Assembly: GCA_009784685.1 (NCBI GenBank) | Contig: WRBF01000001.1 | Span: 2,942 to 66,941 of the forward strand | Origin: Defluviitaleaceae bacterium | Lineage (GTDB): Bacteria; Bacillota; Clostridia; Lachnospirales; WRBF01 | Direction: 5' to 3' | Length of the DNA stretch: 64,000 nt | Shown here: piece after piece, positions 48,912-58,994 of the stretch | How positions within the stretch are numbered: the first letter of the stretch is position 1 | How the letters are laid out: every line of letters begins with the position of its first letter | Translations under genes and position numbers: made by a program | The notes under the pieces: generated by a model | What the model saw: the letters and a program-made list of their open reading frames with translations, nothing else | Database searches by the model: none | Told to the model about the DNA's origin: nothing

Positions 48912-49045
48912 CAGTCCGTTTGACAGCGGCTAAGTCTTACGCAACAGTTTCTTACGAACCGTGTCAGGTCAGGAATGAAGCAGCACTAAGTAATGCAAAT
49001 TGTGTGCCGTAAGCAAGCTTAGCAGTGCCGTTAGGCGGACTTTTT
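48912..49045 (+). ncRNA. ffs: Signal recognition particle RNA (short form)
   Basis: Domain IV motif GTCAGGTCA-GGAA-TGAAGCAGC; closing helix AGTCCG/CGGACT followed by T run; own consensus promoter. Confidence 0.88.
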
Positions 49046-49069
49046 ATGTGCTTAATACACTCTAATTTA

Positions 49070-50227
49070 TTACAACACAGACTTTCCAAGTGTATATCCC
49101 GAAACGCCAAGATAGTCGCAAACTGTTGCCCCTATGTCAGCAAAGGTATCTCTAATCCCAATATTTTTAGGGTTAATGTTGCGACCGTAAATTAAACATG
49201 GAACATATTCTCTTGAATGGTCAGTTGTTTGAGTTGTTGGGTCACATCCATGATCTGCTGTCATTATTAGTATATCGCCGGGTTTCATTGCGTTTGTAAT
49301 TTCCGGAAGTCTTTTGTCGAAATATTCCAATGCTTCCGCATATCCTTTAACATCATTTCTGTGACCATAAAGCATATCAAAATCAACAAGATTCGCAAAA
49401 ATAAGCCCGCTACCAATTGTTTCAGCTGCCTTTAATATTGCATCTATCCCGGATTTGTTGTTTTTTGCGTAATCTTTGCTTGTGACTCCCCTACCCGCAA
49501 AAATATCTTCTATTTTCCCTATCGCATGGACATTTAAGCCTGCATCTTTAATTAAGTCTAGCATAGTTCCATCCGGCGGAGGGATAACAAAATCTTTTCG
49601 GTTTTCAGTTCGATGATAATTGCCGGTCTTCCCTAAAAACGGTCGGGCTATTACACGGGCAATGCCATATTTTTCGCATAACAAACCATACGCTTTTTCA
49701 CAAATTTCATAAAGCTCGCTTAATGGTATTATTTCTTCATGTGCGGCTATTTGGAAAACACTATCTGCTGATGTATAAACAATTGGGTATCCTGTTTTAA
49801 CATGCTCATCGCCAAGCCGTTGTATTATTTCAGTTCCTGATGCTGATTCATTTGCCAATGATTTCCTGTTTATGGCATTTTCAAACAGCTCGATACATTC
49901 ACGAGGAAATCCATTTTCGGTATAAGTTTGAAACGGTTTGCTAAGCATTTTGCCGGCTATTTCCCAATGTCCGCTTATAGTGTCCTTTGCTTTGGTTAGT
50001 TCTGCGATTTTCCCGTGCAGCGCAATCGGATTTTTAACCTTTGGAAGAACTGAACCGTCTATATTTCCTATTCCCATTTCATAAAGATTTGGTATGTCAA
50101 GCTTACCAATGCTCTTGTAAATGTTGCCTATAGTATTTGAATTTATATCGTCAACACCAAACTCATGAGCATCTGGCATTGCGCCTACTCCTACGCTGTC
50201 AAGAATTATCAGTATTACTCTTTTCAT
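49070..50227 (-). CDS. deoB: Phosphopentomutase
   Basis: LDSVG.G, KDT.SGHWE, YTSADSVFQIAAHE, RVIARPF, NLVDFDMLYGHR, TADHGCDP, DHSRE.VP. Confidence 0.96.
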   Translation of the reverse strand: MKRVILIILDSVGVGAMPDAHEFGVDDINSNTIGNIYKSIGKLDIPNLYEMGIGNIDGSVLPKVKNPIALHGKIAELTKAKDTISGHWEIAGKMLSKPFQTYTENGFPRECIELFENAINRKSLANESASGTEIIQRLGDEHVKTGYPIVYTSADSVFQIAAHEEIIPLSELYEICEKAYGLLCEKYGIARVIARPFLGKTGNYHRTENRKDFVIPPPDGTMLDLIKDAGLNVHAIGKIEDIFAGRGVTSKDYAKNNKSGIDAILKAAETIGSGLIFANLVDFDMLYGHRNDVKGYAEALEYFDKRLPEITNAMKPGDILIMTADHGCDPTTQTTDHSREYVPCLIYGRNINPKNIGIRDTFADIGATVCDYLGVSGYTLGKSVL

Positions 50228-50927
50228 GTATTAATCCTCCATACTGGCTTTGTGTATCAGCAAATAAATCATTTAAAAACTGTACAGGATCGACTATGTC
50301 ATTTCCTTCATAAACAGCTGTGACATATATTGTTTTATTATCACATTCATCGGGTAATTCTTGATATTCACGAGACTGTACAAAGCTGCGGTGTTCGTTA
50401 AATACGGCAGCCATGCGCATAAATATAAACTCCATCTCTTCAAACTTATCAGTTCTTGACATGTTTGACTTAATTACCGTTTTTGCTTCGGCAGCGAACT
50501 GCATAGCTTTGCGTTTATGTATTCTCGCAACATCCTCTTTGCTTCTTGCGTTTGCCAGCTCTCTTGCATATGCTTCACGTTCACGTTCAATTTTTTTCGC
50601 TTTTTCATATAATTCCGGATTATTTTCTCTTAAAAAATCAAGTTCTGCCTTTGAAAGTCTTCTTCCTGATCTAAGTGCAGCTTCAATTGTTGCAATAGTC
50701 AAAGCTGTGCGGTTATCCTCCTTAAGCCTTCTTAAATCTTCGAGCAAAGCTTCTCTTTGAGCGATTACTCTTTCAATCTCAGCAGATTTAGTACAATTAT
50801 CTTCTTCAGATATCGTCCGCCTTGTTAAGCTTCGATTATCAATTTCGCCTCTGCGTAACATGTTAAAATCTCTGTTCTTTACATGATTTGACATCTTAGG
50901 TGTTGCGATTAAATCCGTAAGGTTCAT
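50199..50927 (-). CDS. Hypothetical coiled-coil protein
   Basis: AAGGAGG RBS; charged helical core L.SG..LS..EL.FLR..NPELY.KA..IE.ER..Y. Confidence 0.7.
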   Translation of the reverse strand: MNLTDLIATPKMSNHVKNRDFNMLRRGEIDNRSLTRRTISEEDNCTKSAEIERVIAQREALLEDLRRLKEDNRTALTIATIEAALRSGRRLSKAELDFLRENNPELYEKAKKIEREREAYARELANARSKEDVARIHKRKAMQFAAEAKTVIKSNMSRTDKFEEMEFIFMRMAAVFNEHRSFVQSREYQELPDECDNKTIYVTAVYEGNDIVDPVQFLNDLFADTQSQYGGLIHEKSNTDNS

Positions 50928-51048
50928 ACTTTGTCCCTCCTTGGGTCAAGTTGCTCCATAAATATACAATACACCTTAACGGATTTATCGACAAAGACCC
51001 GGTAAAATATTATAGCGGTTTACCGAGTTTCTTCATTAAACCTGTCCG

Positions 51049-51555
51049 TTAACTTAAGTATTTCGCATATCCAATTTGCTCAAGCCTTTCTGATTTTTCT
51101 TCCACCATGTTTTTAAGACTTTCTCTATAGCCTTGAACCTTGGCTGCAATTTCATCGTCAAATGCGCCTATAATTTGCCCTGCAAGCAGTCCGGCGTTTT
51201 TTGCACCGTCTATAGCTACTGTTGCAACAGGGATACCGGGCGGCATTTGGACTATTGAATAAAGTGAATCTACGCCATTTAATGTCTTTGATTTAACAGG
51301 TACGCCGATAACCGGCAAATCAGTTATAGCTGCAACCATACCGGGAAGATGCGCAGATCCGCCTGCTCCGGCTATAATGATCTTTAGCCCTCGTGAACGC
51401 GCTGTTTTTGCATAGTCAAACATCTTTTCAGGCGTTCTATGCGCTGAAACTATAAGTATTTCGTAGTCTATACCAAGCTCTTCAAGTGATTTAGCCGCTT
51501 CACTCATAACAGGAAGGTCAGAATCACTTCCCATAATTATTCCAACTGTAGACAT
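51049..51555 (-). CDS. purE: N5-CAIR mutase
   Basis: MGSDSD, SAHRTP, AGAG.SAHLPG, SIVQMP.G.PVATV. Confidence 0.96.
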   Translation of the reverse strand: MSTVGIIMGSDSDLPVMSEAAKSLEELGIDYEILIVSAHRTPEKMFDYAKTARSRGLKIIIAGAGGSAHLPGMVAAITDLPVIGVPVKSKTLNGVDSLYSIVQMPPGIPVATVAIDGAKNAGLLAGQIIGAFDDEIAAKVQGYRESLKNMVEEKSERLEQIGYAKYLS

Positions 51556-51569
51556 TTTAAATCTCCTTT

Positions 51570-52724
51570 TTAGTATATTTTAACCAGCGAATGAGCGAGT
51601 TTTGCACGCTCTGTCGCTAAATCAAGCGTTTCTGCCGTAACTGTTAAATGCCCCATCTTTCTTTGCGGCTTTGAAGTTTCTTTGCCATACACATGTACTT
51701 TAACACCTTGAACAGCCAATGATTCATTCATGCCATCAACAACGGCTTTACCATCGTTTTGAATATTTGAACCTAATATGTTCCACATAACAGTTGGACG
51801 TATTAAAGTAGTGTCGCCAAGCGGAAGACCGCATATTGCTCTGATATGGTTTTCAAATTGACTGGTAACAGAACCTTCAATAGAATAATGCCCGGAATTA
51901 TGCGGACGTGGAGCAACTTCGTTAATTAACACCCCTCCGTCTTTCAGTACGAACATTTCTGTGCAAAACATCCCTACTCCTTTAAAAATATCCATTACAA
52001 GCCCTGCCGCTTTCATGGCGGCTTCTTCATTTTCTTTGCTTATGCTTGCGGGGACTTTAGTTTCAAGCAATATATTATCTTCATGATGATTTTGTCCAAC
52101 AGGATATATAGCTGTTTCTCCATTTGCAGTCCGACATGCTAAAACTGATATTTCCATTAAAAAATCAATATATCTTTCAGCCATAAGCGGCAATTTTCCA
52201 CTTCCAAGCGATTCATAGGCAATTTGTATTTCATCATGGCTTTTAATAATATAATTGCCTTTGCCGTCGTACCCGCCGGTTCGCGCTTTTAATAAAAACG
52301 GATACCCAAAACTTTCCCCGCTTTTTATTATATCATCAATTGACTTAACTTCGATAAACTCACCGACAGGCGCACCACCTTCAACAAGAGCCTGTTTTTG
52401 GGTAAGCTTGTCTTGTATAACCTTAAGGCTTTTTGCTGTCGGATAAATTTTCTTGCCGTTATTTTCAAGATCAATAAGTGCTTTGTGATCGATATGTTCA
52501 AATTCATAAGTAACAACATCACTTTTTGCTGCCAGTTCATTTATTGCGTTAACATCATCAAAGCTTGCAATAATGTGTTCGTCTGAAATACTATGAGACG
52601 GACAGTTTTTAGTTGGATCCAGCACTGTAACATAAAACCCCATTTTTTTAGCTTCTAATGTCATCATTTTGCCAAGCTGTCCGCCGCCTATAATGCCTAT
52701 TTTTAATTTCTGCAATTTTAGCAC
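51570..52724 (-). CDS. purK: N5-CAIR synthetase
   Basis: [34 protein letters not shown]...RKMGH. Confidence 0.96.
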   Translation of the reverse strand: MLKLQKLKIGIIGGGQLGKMMTLEAKKMGFYVTVLDPTKNCPSHSISDEHIIASFDDVNAINELAAKSDVVTYEFEHIDHKALIDLENNGKKIYPTAKSLKVIQDKLTQKQALVEGGAPVGEFIEVKSIDDIIKSGESFGYPFLLKARTGGYDGKGNYIIKSHDEIQIAYESLGSGKLPLMAERYIDFLMEISVLACRTANGETAIYPVGQNHHEDNILLETKVPASISKENEEAAMKAAGLVMDIFKGVGMFCTEMFVLKDGGVLINEVAPRPHNSGHYSIEGSVTSQFENHIRAICGLPLGDTTLIRPTVMWNILGSNIQNDGKAVVDGMNESLAVQGVKVHVYGKETSKPQRKMGHLTVTAETLDLATERAKLAHSLVKIY

Positions 52725-52743
52725 GCTCCTTATAATTCTTTAT

Positions 52744-54279
52744 CTATGTCCAATATTTTCTATCCAAACTCCGGTAAGAAATGGCTTCTGCCAGATGATT
52801 TGTTTTAATATCCTGCGATCCGTCAAGATCGGCTATAGTTCTTGCAACTTTAAGTATTTTATGATAAGCTCGTCCTGTCAACCCAAGGCTGTCAAACGCA
52901 CGCTTAAGTATTTCTCTTTCAGAATCGCCAAGGATACAAAACTTGTCTATCTGTGGAGCATTTAACTGCGAGTTTGTAAGAATGCCTTCGTCTTTATAGC
53001 GTTCCCTTTGTATGTTTTGGCAAGCTGTTACCCTTTTCTTTACTTCCTTTGATGTTTCACCATCTCTTTTCGTATTACCAAGCTCATCATATTTAACAGC
53101 AGGTGCTTCAACTTGAATATCAATTCTGTCAAGCAGCGGACCTGATATTTTACCTAAGTATTTAGCAACTTCATTATGCTTACACCTGCATTTGTTGCTG
53201 TCTCCATAATGGCCGCATGGGCAAGGGTTCATTGATGCAAGAAGCATACAGTCAGCAGGGTATGTAACAGTTCCGTTTACTCTTGAAACGGTTACTTCAC
53301 CATCTTCAAGCGGCTGTCTTAACACTTCTAGAACTGCTTTTGGAAATTCCGGCAGTTCGTCAAGAAAAAGCACGCCGTTATGCGCAAGGCTGATTTCTCC
53401 TGGCTTTGGAACACGTCCGCCGCCTGTCAGCGCAGAATATGAGATTGTATGATGCGGTGACCTAAATGGTCTTCTTGTTATTAGGCATGATTTATTACTT
53501 AAAAGCCCTGATATACTGTAAATCATCGTTACATCTAAGCTCTCATCAACGGTAAGGTCAGGTAGTACCCCCGGAAGCCTTTTTGCAAGCATCGTCTTAC
53601 CTGACCCCGGAGGTCCTATTATAAGAATATTATGTCTTCCTGCCGCTGCAACTTCAATAGCACGTTTAACACTTTTTTGCCCCTTTACATCAGCAAAATC
53701 AAGACCATAAAAATCGCTTTCATCTACCTCAAAAAACTTATCAATATCAACTGTTATCGGTGAAAGAGGCATAGAAGTAAAGTGAAGCACTGCCTCGCTT
53801 AAGTTGTTAACCCCTATAACTTCTATCCCCTCAACCAAAGCAGCTTCTTCGCTGTTTTCAAAAGGAACTACGCATTTTGTTAACCCTGCTTCCTTCGCAC
53901 TGTAGACCATAGGTAAGATACCATTAACTGAGCGCACTGTTCCATCTAGTGATAATTCACCGGAAATTAAAGTGCTTTCAACTCTTTCTTGGTCGATAAT
54001 GCCTATGCATACCAAAATTGCAACAGCTATCGGAAGGTCAAACGCTGCGCCTTCCTTTCTGGTACTTGCAGGGGCTAGGTTTATCGTAATTCGCCTTGAA
54101 TAAAAATCTTTTACGATAGATGAAAGAGCTGTTGTTACACGCTCTCTTGACTCTCGAATCGCAGAATCAGGCAGCCCAACTATGTCAAACGACGGCATAC
54201 CCCTGTTGATGTCAACTTCAACATCAACGATATATCCACTTATTCCGGTTAGACCGGCGGTGTTTATTTTTGATACCAT
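52744..54279 (-). CDS. comM: YifB/ComM Mg-chelatase-like AAA+ ATPase
   Basis: VGLPD.A.RES.ER, NLAPA..RKEG, GPPGSGKT, PFRSPHH, FLDELPEF, MNPCPCG; uninterrupted. Confidence 0.93.
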   Translation of the reverse strand: MVSKINTAGLTGISGYIVDVEVDINRGMPSFDIVGLPDSAIRESRERVTTALSSIVKDFYSRRITINLAPASTRKEGAAFDLPIAVAILVCIGIIDQERVESTLISGELSLDGTVRSVNGILPMVYSAKEAGLTKCVVPFENSEEAALVEGIEVIGVNNLSEAVLHFTSMPLSPITVDIDKFFEVDESDFYGLDFADVKGQKSVKRAIEVAAAGRHNILIIGPPGSGKTMLAKRLPGVLPDLTVDESLDVTMIYSISGLLSNKSCLITRRPFRSPHHTISYSALTGGGRVPKPGEISLAHNGVLFLDELPEFPKAVLEVLRQPLEDGEVTVSRVNGTVTYPADCMLLASMNPCPCGHYGDSNKCRCKHNEVAKYLGKISGPLLDRIDIQVEAPAVKYDELGNTKRDGETSKEVKKRVTACQNIQRERYKDEGILTNSQLNAPQIDKFCILGDSEREILKRAFDSLGLTGRAYHKILKVARTIADLDGSQDIKTNHLAEAISYRSLDRKYWT

Positions 54280-54337
54280 TATACTAAATTGCCTCCAGCT
54301 TAATAAGTCATTAAATCATTTACTTGCTCTTTTCTAA

Positions 54338-54384
54338 ATTTTACCCTTTTTCCTATTGCATTTCAATAGGAAATTATATATTAT
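54338..54384. promoter_or_regulatory. Back-to-back sigma-A promoters sharing a 10-bp inverted repeat
   Basis: TTTCCTATTG-CATTT-CAATAGGAAA; TTGCAT-N17-TATTAT on plus (dprA) and TTGAAA-N17-TAAAAT on minus (comM). Confidence 0.65.
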
Positions 54385-54431
54385 GTACACGGCGGTAATT
54401 TATTTTAGATATTGACCGTTGGGGGGAATAC

Positions 54432-55655
54432 ATGAACGATGACTTATATGCTTTATGGCTTTCTCAAATAAATGAGCTTTCCTTTAAAAAGCAGCTCTTA
54501 CTTATAAATGCCTTTCCGCTTGCAAAGGCAATATTTAATGCAACAAAATATCAGCTAGACTCTGTTAAAGGTCTTTCAGAATCAGACATTATCAATATAA
54601 TGGCTGCGCAAAATGAAAAACTTTTAAGAAAACATGAAAACTTACTTGCACAATGCGAGATAACTTTTGTCGGTATTCAAAACGAAAAATATCCCACTCT
54701 TTTAAAACAAATACCTGATCCACCTTTAGGTCTATATGTTTTAGGGGAGCTTCCGGACGACTACATCACCCGCATAAGTATAATAGGTTCTCGTAAAAGC
54801 AGTGACTATGGACTTGAAGTTGCCTATTCTCTTAGTAAGGATTTAGCCGCCAACGGAGTTATAGTTGTAAGCGGTATGGCAAGAGGCATAGACAGCATGG
54901 CACATAAAGGCGCATTGGACGGCGGAGGAAAGACTATAGCTGTTTTAGGATGTGGAGTTGATGTATGTTATCCTCCTGAAAACAAAGCCCTTATGGATAG
55001 AATAAGCAAAAACGGCTGTGTTATTTCTGAATACTATCCGGGAGTCTACCCTATTCCAATAAATTTTCCCAGAAGGAACAGAATAATCAGCGGACTTTGC
55101 GTTGGAACGGTTGTTGTTGAAGCATCAGATAAAAGTGGAACGCTTATAACAACAAATCATGCACTTGAACAAGGTCGGGAAGTAATGGCTGTACCCGGAA
55201 ATGTTACAAGCAAACTAAGCCGAGGCACAAACGAACTTATAAAAGATGGTGCGGCAGTAGTTTTAGACTATAAAGATGTGTTGAATACTATAGGTTTAGA
55301 AATTCAACCAACTAATATCATTGAAAGCGAAAACAGCGAAAATGCCAATAACAAGAATTCAAACAATGTTAGGAAAGACCTTGATAATAAAGCAAAATCA
55401 GATAAAACGAACAAAGTGAACAATAGTAAGCCAATAATCCCATCAGATTTATCAACTGATGAAAAATTTGTTTATTTAAAAATTTTGGAAACCCCGATGA
55501 ATATAGATGAACTTATTCAAAACTCAGAAGATGTTGATCCGAAAAATATGAGTTCTGCCCTTATGTTACTCGAAATAAAAGGGTATATTAGAAAAGCATC
55601 GGGATATAAATATACTGTCAGTAATCAGTCAGCAGCGACACCGCTTAATTCGTAG
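54432..55655 (+). CDS. dprA: DNA-processing protein DprA
   Basis: YP..L..I.DPP, IIGSR, VSGMARGID..AH.GAL, FP.RNRIISG, VEA...SG.LIT, AVPG. Confidence 0.95.
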   Translation: MNDDLYALWLSQINELSFKKQLLLINAFPLAKAIFNATKYQLDSVKGLSESDIINIMAAQNEKLLRKHENLLAQCEITFVGIQNEKYPTLLKQIPDPPLGLYVLGELPDDYITRISIIGSRKSSDYGLEVAYSLSKDLAANGVIVVSGMARGIDSMAHKGALDGGGKTIAVLGCGVDVCYPPENKALMDRISKNGCVISEYYPGVYPIPINFPRRNRIISGLCVGTVVVEASDKSGTLITTNHALEQGREVMAVPGNVTSKLSRGTNELIKDGAAVVLDYKDVLNTIGLEIQPTNIIESENSENANNKNSNNVRKDLDNKAKSDKTNKVNNSKPIIPSDLSTDEKFVYLKILETPMNIDELIQNSEDVDPKNMSSALMLLEIKGYIRKASGYKYTVSNQSAATPLNS

Positions 55656-55680
55656 CTGAATAATGGAGGACAAAAAGTAA

Positions 55681-57759
55681 ATGCCTAAAAATCTTGTAAT
55701 CGTAGAATCGCCCGCAAAGGCAAAAACCCTTAAAAAATTTCTTGGGAGCAGCTATAGAATAGAAGCTTCTATTGGTCATGTTCGCGACTTGCCTAAAAGC
55801 GAATTGGGAATTGACATTGAAAACGATTTTGAGCCCAAATATATAACAATTCGAGGCAAAGGCGAAGTTTTAGCGAAATTGCGTAAAGAAGTAAAAGCTT
55901 CTGACCGAGTATTCCTTGCAACTGACCCTGACCGTGAAGGCGAAGCAATCAGTTGGCATTTGATGCACGCATTAAAGTTAAGCCCGGATAATGCAAAGCG
56001 TATTACGTTTAACGAAATAACGAAAAGTGCTGTTACAAAGTCTATAAAGGAAGCACGTGAAATTGATATGAAGCTTGTTGATGCTCAACAGGCAAGGCGA
56101 GAGCTTGATAGAATAGTTGGCTATAAAATAGGTCCTCTTCTTTGGAAAAAAGTAAAGCGAGGTCTTAGTGCAGGGCGTGTTCAATCTGTTGCGCTTAAAG
56201 TAATTTGTGATCGTGAGGAAGAGATTGAGAACTTCCAAAAAGAAGAATACTGGACAATGGATGCCATTTTGAAAAAGGGCAAAGAATCTTTTTTAGCAAA
56301 GTTTTATGGAACAGAGACTGAAAAACTTGAAGTTAAAACAGAGGAAGAGGCTAATAGAATCCTCAAAGCAGTTGAAAAATCTGATTTTATAGTAAAAGAA
56401 TCTAAAAAAGGCAGTCGAAACCGTAAAGCCCCTGCACCATTTACTACAAGCACCTTGCAGCAAGAAGCATCTAAAGTGTTAGGCTTTGCAACTGCAAAAA
56501 CAATGATGCTTGCACAGCAGCTTTATGAAGGAATAGACATAAAAGGCGAAGGAACTGTTGGTTTTGTATCTTATATCCGTACGGATTCAATGCGCATTTC
56601 TGACGATGCTTTTGAAAGCGGTAAAAATTACTTATTGGAAAACTTAGGCGAAAAATATACTATAAGTGAAAAGCCTGTTCATAAATCAAAAGGCAGAGCG
56701 CAAGATGCGCATGAAGCCATACGACCGACAGATGTAAGCCGTACACCTGAAAAAATGAAAGAGTTAATTTCAAAAGACTTGTTTAAGTTATATAAGCTTA
56801 TTTGGGAACGCTTTATGGCTAGCATAATGCCGGCGGCTAATTATGATACATTGTCTGTTAAAATAATGGCAGGAGATTATCAGTTTAGAGCAACCGGATC
56901 GAAGCTTGTCTTTGATGGATATTTGGCAATTTATAAGAAAAATGAATCTGCCGATTCTGAAAATGTTGAGGCTTCAATGCCTGAGCTTGCTGTAGGCGAT
57001 AAGCTTAACCTTGTATCTGTTAAGCCGGAACAACATTTTACACAGCCACCACCGAGATTTTCCGAAGCGATGCTTGTTAAAACACTTGAAGAACTTGGCA
57101 TAGGGCGTCCGAGTACGTATGCATCAATTATAAGTACGATAATTGCCAGAAGATATGTAACAAAAGAAGCAAAAGTCTTTTATGCAACAGAGCTTGGCAA
57201 CATAGTTAACAATATAATGAAAGAATACTTTGAAAACATTGTAGATGTTGAATTTACAGCAAAAATGGAAGATGAGCTTGACCAAATTTCAGAAGGTGAT
57301 ATTCAGTGGAAGGAAGTTGTAAGACAGTTTTACAAACCGTTTTCTGTTGCGCTTGAAAAGGCTGAAGATGCAATAAGTAAGATAGAAATTGCTCCCGAAA
57401 TAAGCGACATTTTATGTGAAAAATGCGGCAAAAATATGGTTGTCAAAATGGGGAGATATGGTAGATTTTTAGCCTGTCCCGGATATCCTGACTGCAAAAA
57501 TGTTAAAGCACTACACGAAGAAGCCGGTGTAGATTGCCCATTATGCGACGGAAAAGTTTTGATTAAAAAATCTAAAAACGGCAGAATTTTTTACGGATGT
57601 GATAAAAGCCCTGAATGTCAATTTATTTCATGGAATAAACCAACTGGAGAAAAATGCCCTCAATGCGGCGAATTTTTAGTCGAAAAAGGGACAAAAAATA
57701 AGAAAGTCGTTTGCAGCAGTTCAAGTTGTAAATTTGATAAGCCGCTTGAGGAGAAGTAA
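55681..57759 (+). CDS. topA: DNA topoisomerase I
   Basis: LVIVESPAKA, ATDPDREGE, SAGRVQS, SYIRTDS, DAHEAIRPT, C-terminal Zn ribbons. Confidence 0.97.
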   Translation: MPKNLVIVESPAKAKTLKKFLGSSYRIEASIGHVRDLPKSELGIDIENDFEPKYITIRGKGEVLAKLRKEVKASDRVFLATDPDREGEAISWHLMHALKLSPDNAKRITFNEITKSAVTKSIKEAREIDMKLVDAQQARRELDRIVGYKIGPLLWKKVKRGLSAGRVQSVALKVICDREEEIENFQKEEYWTMDAILKKGKESFLAKFYGTETEKLEVKTEEEANRILKAVEKSDFIVKESKKGSRNRKAPAPFTTSTLQQEASKVLGFATAKTMMLAQQLYEGIDIKGEGTVGFVSYIRTDSMRISDDAFESGKNYLLENLGEKYTISEKPVHKSKGRAQDAHEAIRPTDVSRTPEKMKELISKDLFKLYKLIWERFMASIMPAANYDTLSVKIMAGDYQFRATGSKLVFDGYLAIYKKNESADSENVEASMPELAVGDKLNLVSVKPEQHFTQPPPRFSEAMLVKTLEELGIGRPSTYASIISTIIARRYVTKEAKVFYATELGNIVNNIMKEYFENIVDVEFTAKMEDELDQISEGDIQWKEVVRQFYKPFSVALEKAEDAISKIEIAPEISDILCEKCGKNMVVKMGRYGRFLACPGYPDCKNVKALHEEAGVDCPLCDGKVLIKKSKNGRIFYGCDKSPECQFISWNKPTGEKCPQCGEFLVEKGTKNKKVVCSSSSCKFDKPLEEK

Positions 57760-57765
57760 AGAGTT

Positions 57766-58392
57766 GTGGAAGCGCAAAGTAATATAATCAAGGATATGTT
57801 TGATCTAGTTAATAAAGTTTACGATGAAAGGCAAATATTAAACGAGATTTGCCTTGTTTTTTCTAGTGAATTTGATTGCTATGTTCTTGTGCTAGATAAA
57901 ACAGATAAACCCTTATTTGAAAGCAAATGTAACTCTGCTGATCTAACCTCAGCAGATGAGATTTTTGCAAAGTTAACATCTGGACTTGACAACATTGGGT
58001 CTATTATAATTAAGCGGCAAAATGCTTTATTTAATAGCTGCGATAAGCAAGCTTTTTATGCTCTTGCATCTTTAGTATCATTACTGATAAGATTCTCTAA
58101 TGAACAAAGTGAAAAAAATATCAGACGTGTAAAAGCTGCGGTTGGCTCTCTTTCATATTCAGAGCTGACTGCAGCTTTGCATGTATTCGATTTATTAGAA
58201 GGCAAAAGCGGTCATTTTATATCAAGTAACGTTTCAAAAGAAAAGGGAGTTGCAAAATCTGCAATAGTTAATTGTTTAAGAAAACTTGAGAGCGCAGGAC
58301 TTATTGAAGTGCGGTCGCTTGGTGTAAAAGGTACTCATGTTCAAGTGTTAAATGATGCTCTTGCAGATGAACTTGGGAAATTTAAAAGATGA
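57766..58392 (+). CDS. codY: CodY-like regulator (shortened, divergent)
   Basis: LSYSEL and IVN.LRKLESAG.IE.RSLG.KGT CodY C-terminal signatures; typical position after topA. Confidence 0.8.
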   Translation: MEAQSNIIKDMFDLVNKVYDERQILNEICLVFSSEFDCYVLVLDKTDKPLFESKCNSADLTSADEIFAKLTSGLDNIGSIIIKRQNALFNSCDKQAFYALASLVSLLIRFSNEQSEKNIRRVKAAVGSLSYSELTAALHVFDLLEGKSGHFISSNVSKEKGVAKSAIVNCLRKLESAGLIEVRSLGVKGTHVQVLNDALADELGKFKR

Positions 58393-58483
58393 GCGTTTCA
58401 GTATAGTGGGAACATACCCTAGATGCGCCAAAAGAAGCAATAATGATTTTCATATCAGCTTGATACACAATAACGACTTTTAT

Positions 58484-58512
58484 TTGATTTTACATCCCCT
58501 TAGTGATATAAT
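58484..58512 (+). promoter_or_regulatory. sigma-A promoter for rplI-dnaB
   Basis: TTGATT-N17-TATAAT with extended TG. Confidence 0.6.
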
Positions 58513-58545
58513 CGGATAGATTATTTATGAAAGGGGCTTTTTATT

Positions 58546-58992
58546 ATGCAAGTAATTCTTCTCCAAGATATTAAAAACGTAGGAAAAAAAGGACAACTTC
58601 TTGAGGCAGCAGATGGATATGCAAGAAATTATCTTATCCCAAGGAAAATGGCAGTAGAAGCTACAAAAGGAAATGTAAACGAGCTTGAAGCAAAAAACAA
58701 AGCTTTAGTTGCAAAAGCCGAAAAAGAGCTTGAAAACGCAAAAGAATTTGCGGCAAGCCTTAACGAAAAGAAAATCAATATCAAGGTTAAAATGGGTGAA
58801 AACGGTAAACTGTTCGGGTCGGTTACAAACAAAGAAATCGCACAGGCACTTTTGGATCAAATTGGGGTTTCGATTGATAAAAAGAAAATTGTCTTAAATG
58901 AACCTATTAAAACCGTAGGCGAAAAAGACGTAGAAATTAAAGTTATGCATGATGTTTCGGCTAAAATAATCGTTAATGTTATCGAGGCATAA
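58546..58992 (+). CDS. rplI: 50S ribosomal protein L9
   Basis: M.VILL.D.K.VGKKG, DGYARNYL.P, GKLFGSVT. Confidence 0.96.
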   Translation: MQVILLQDIKNVGKKGQLLEAADGYARNYLIPRKMAVEATKGNVNELEAKNKALVAKAEKELENAKEFAASLNEKKINIKVKMGENGKLFGSVTNKEIAQALLDQIGVSIDKKKIVLNEPIKTVGEKDVEIKVMHDVSAKIIVNVIEA

Positions 58993-58994
58993 TT

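Noticed and set aside
52744-54279. Mobile element insertion in comM or next to ffs, both known integration hotspots
   Set aside because: comM is intact, ffs is followed directly by deoB, and no integrase or Tn7-like genes are in the window.
55310-55445. Asn/Lys-rich stretch in dprA as a repeat or insertion
   Set aside because: Lies in the variable linker before the C-terminal winged helix; no nucleotide periodicity.
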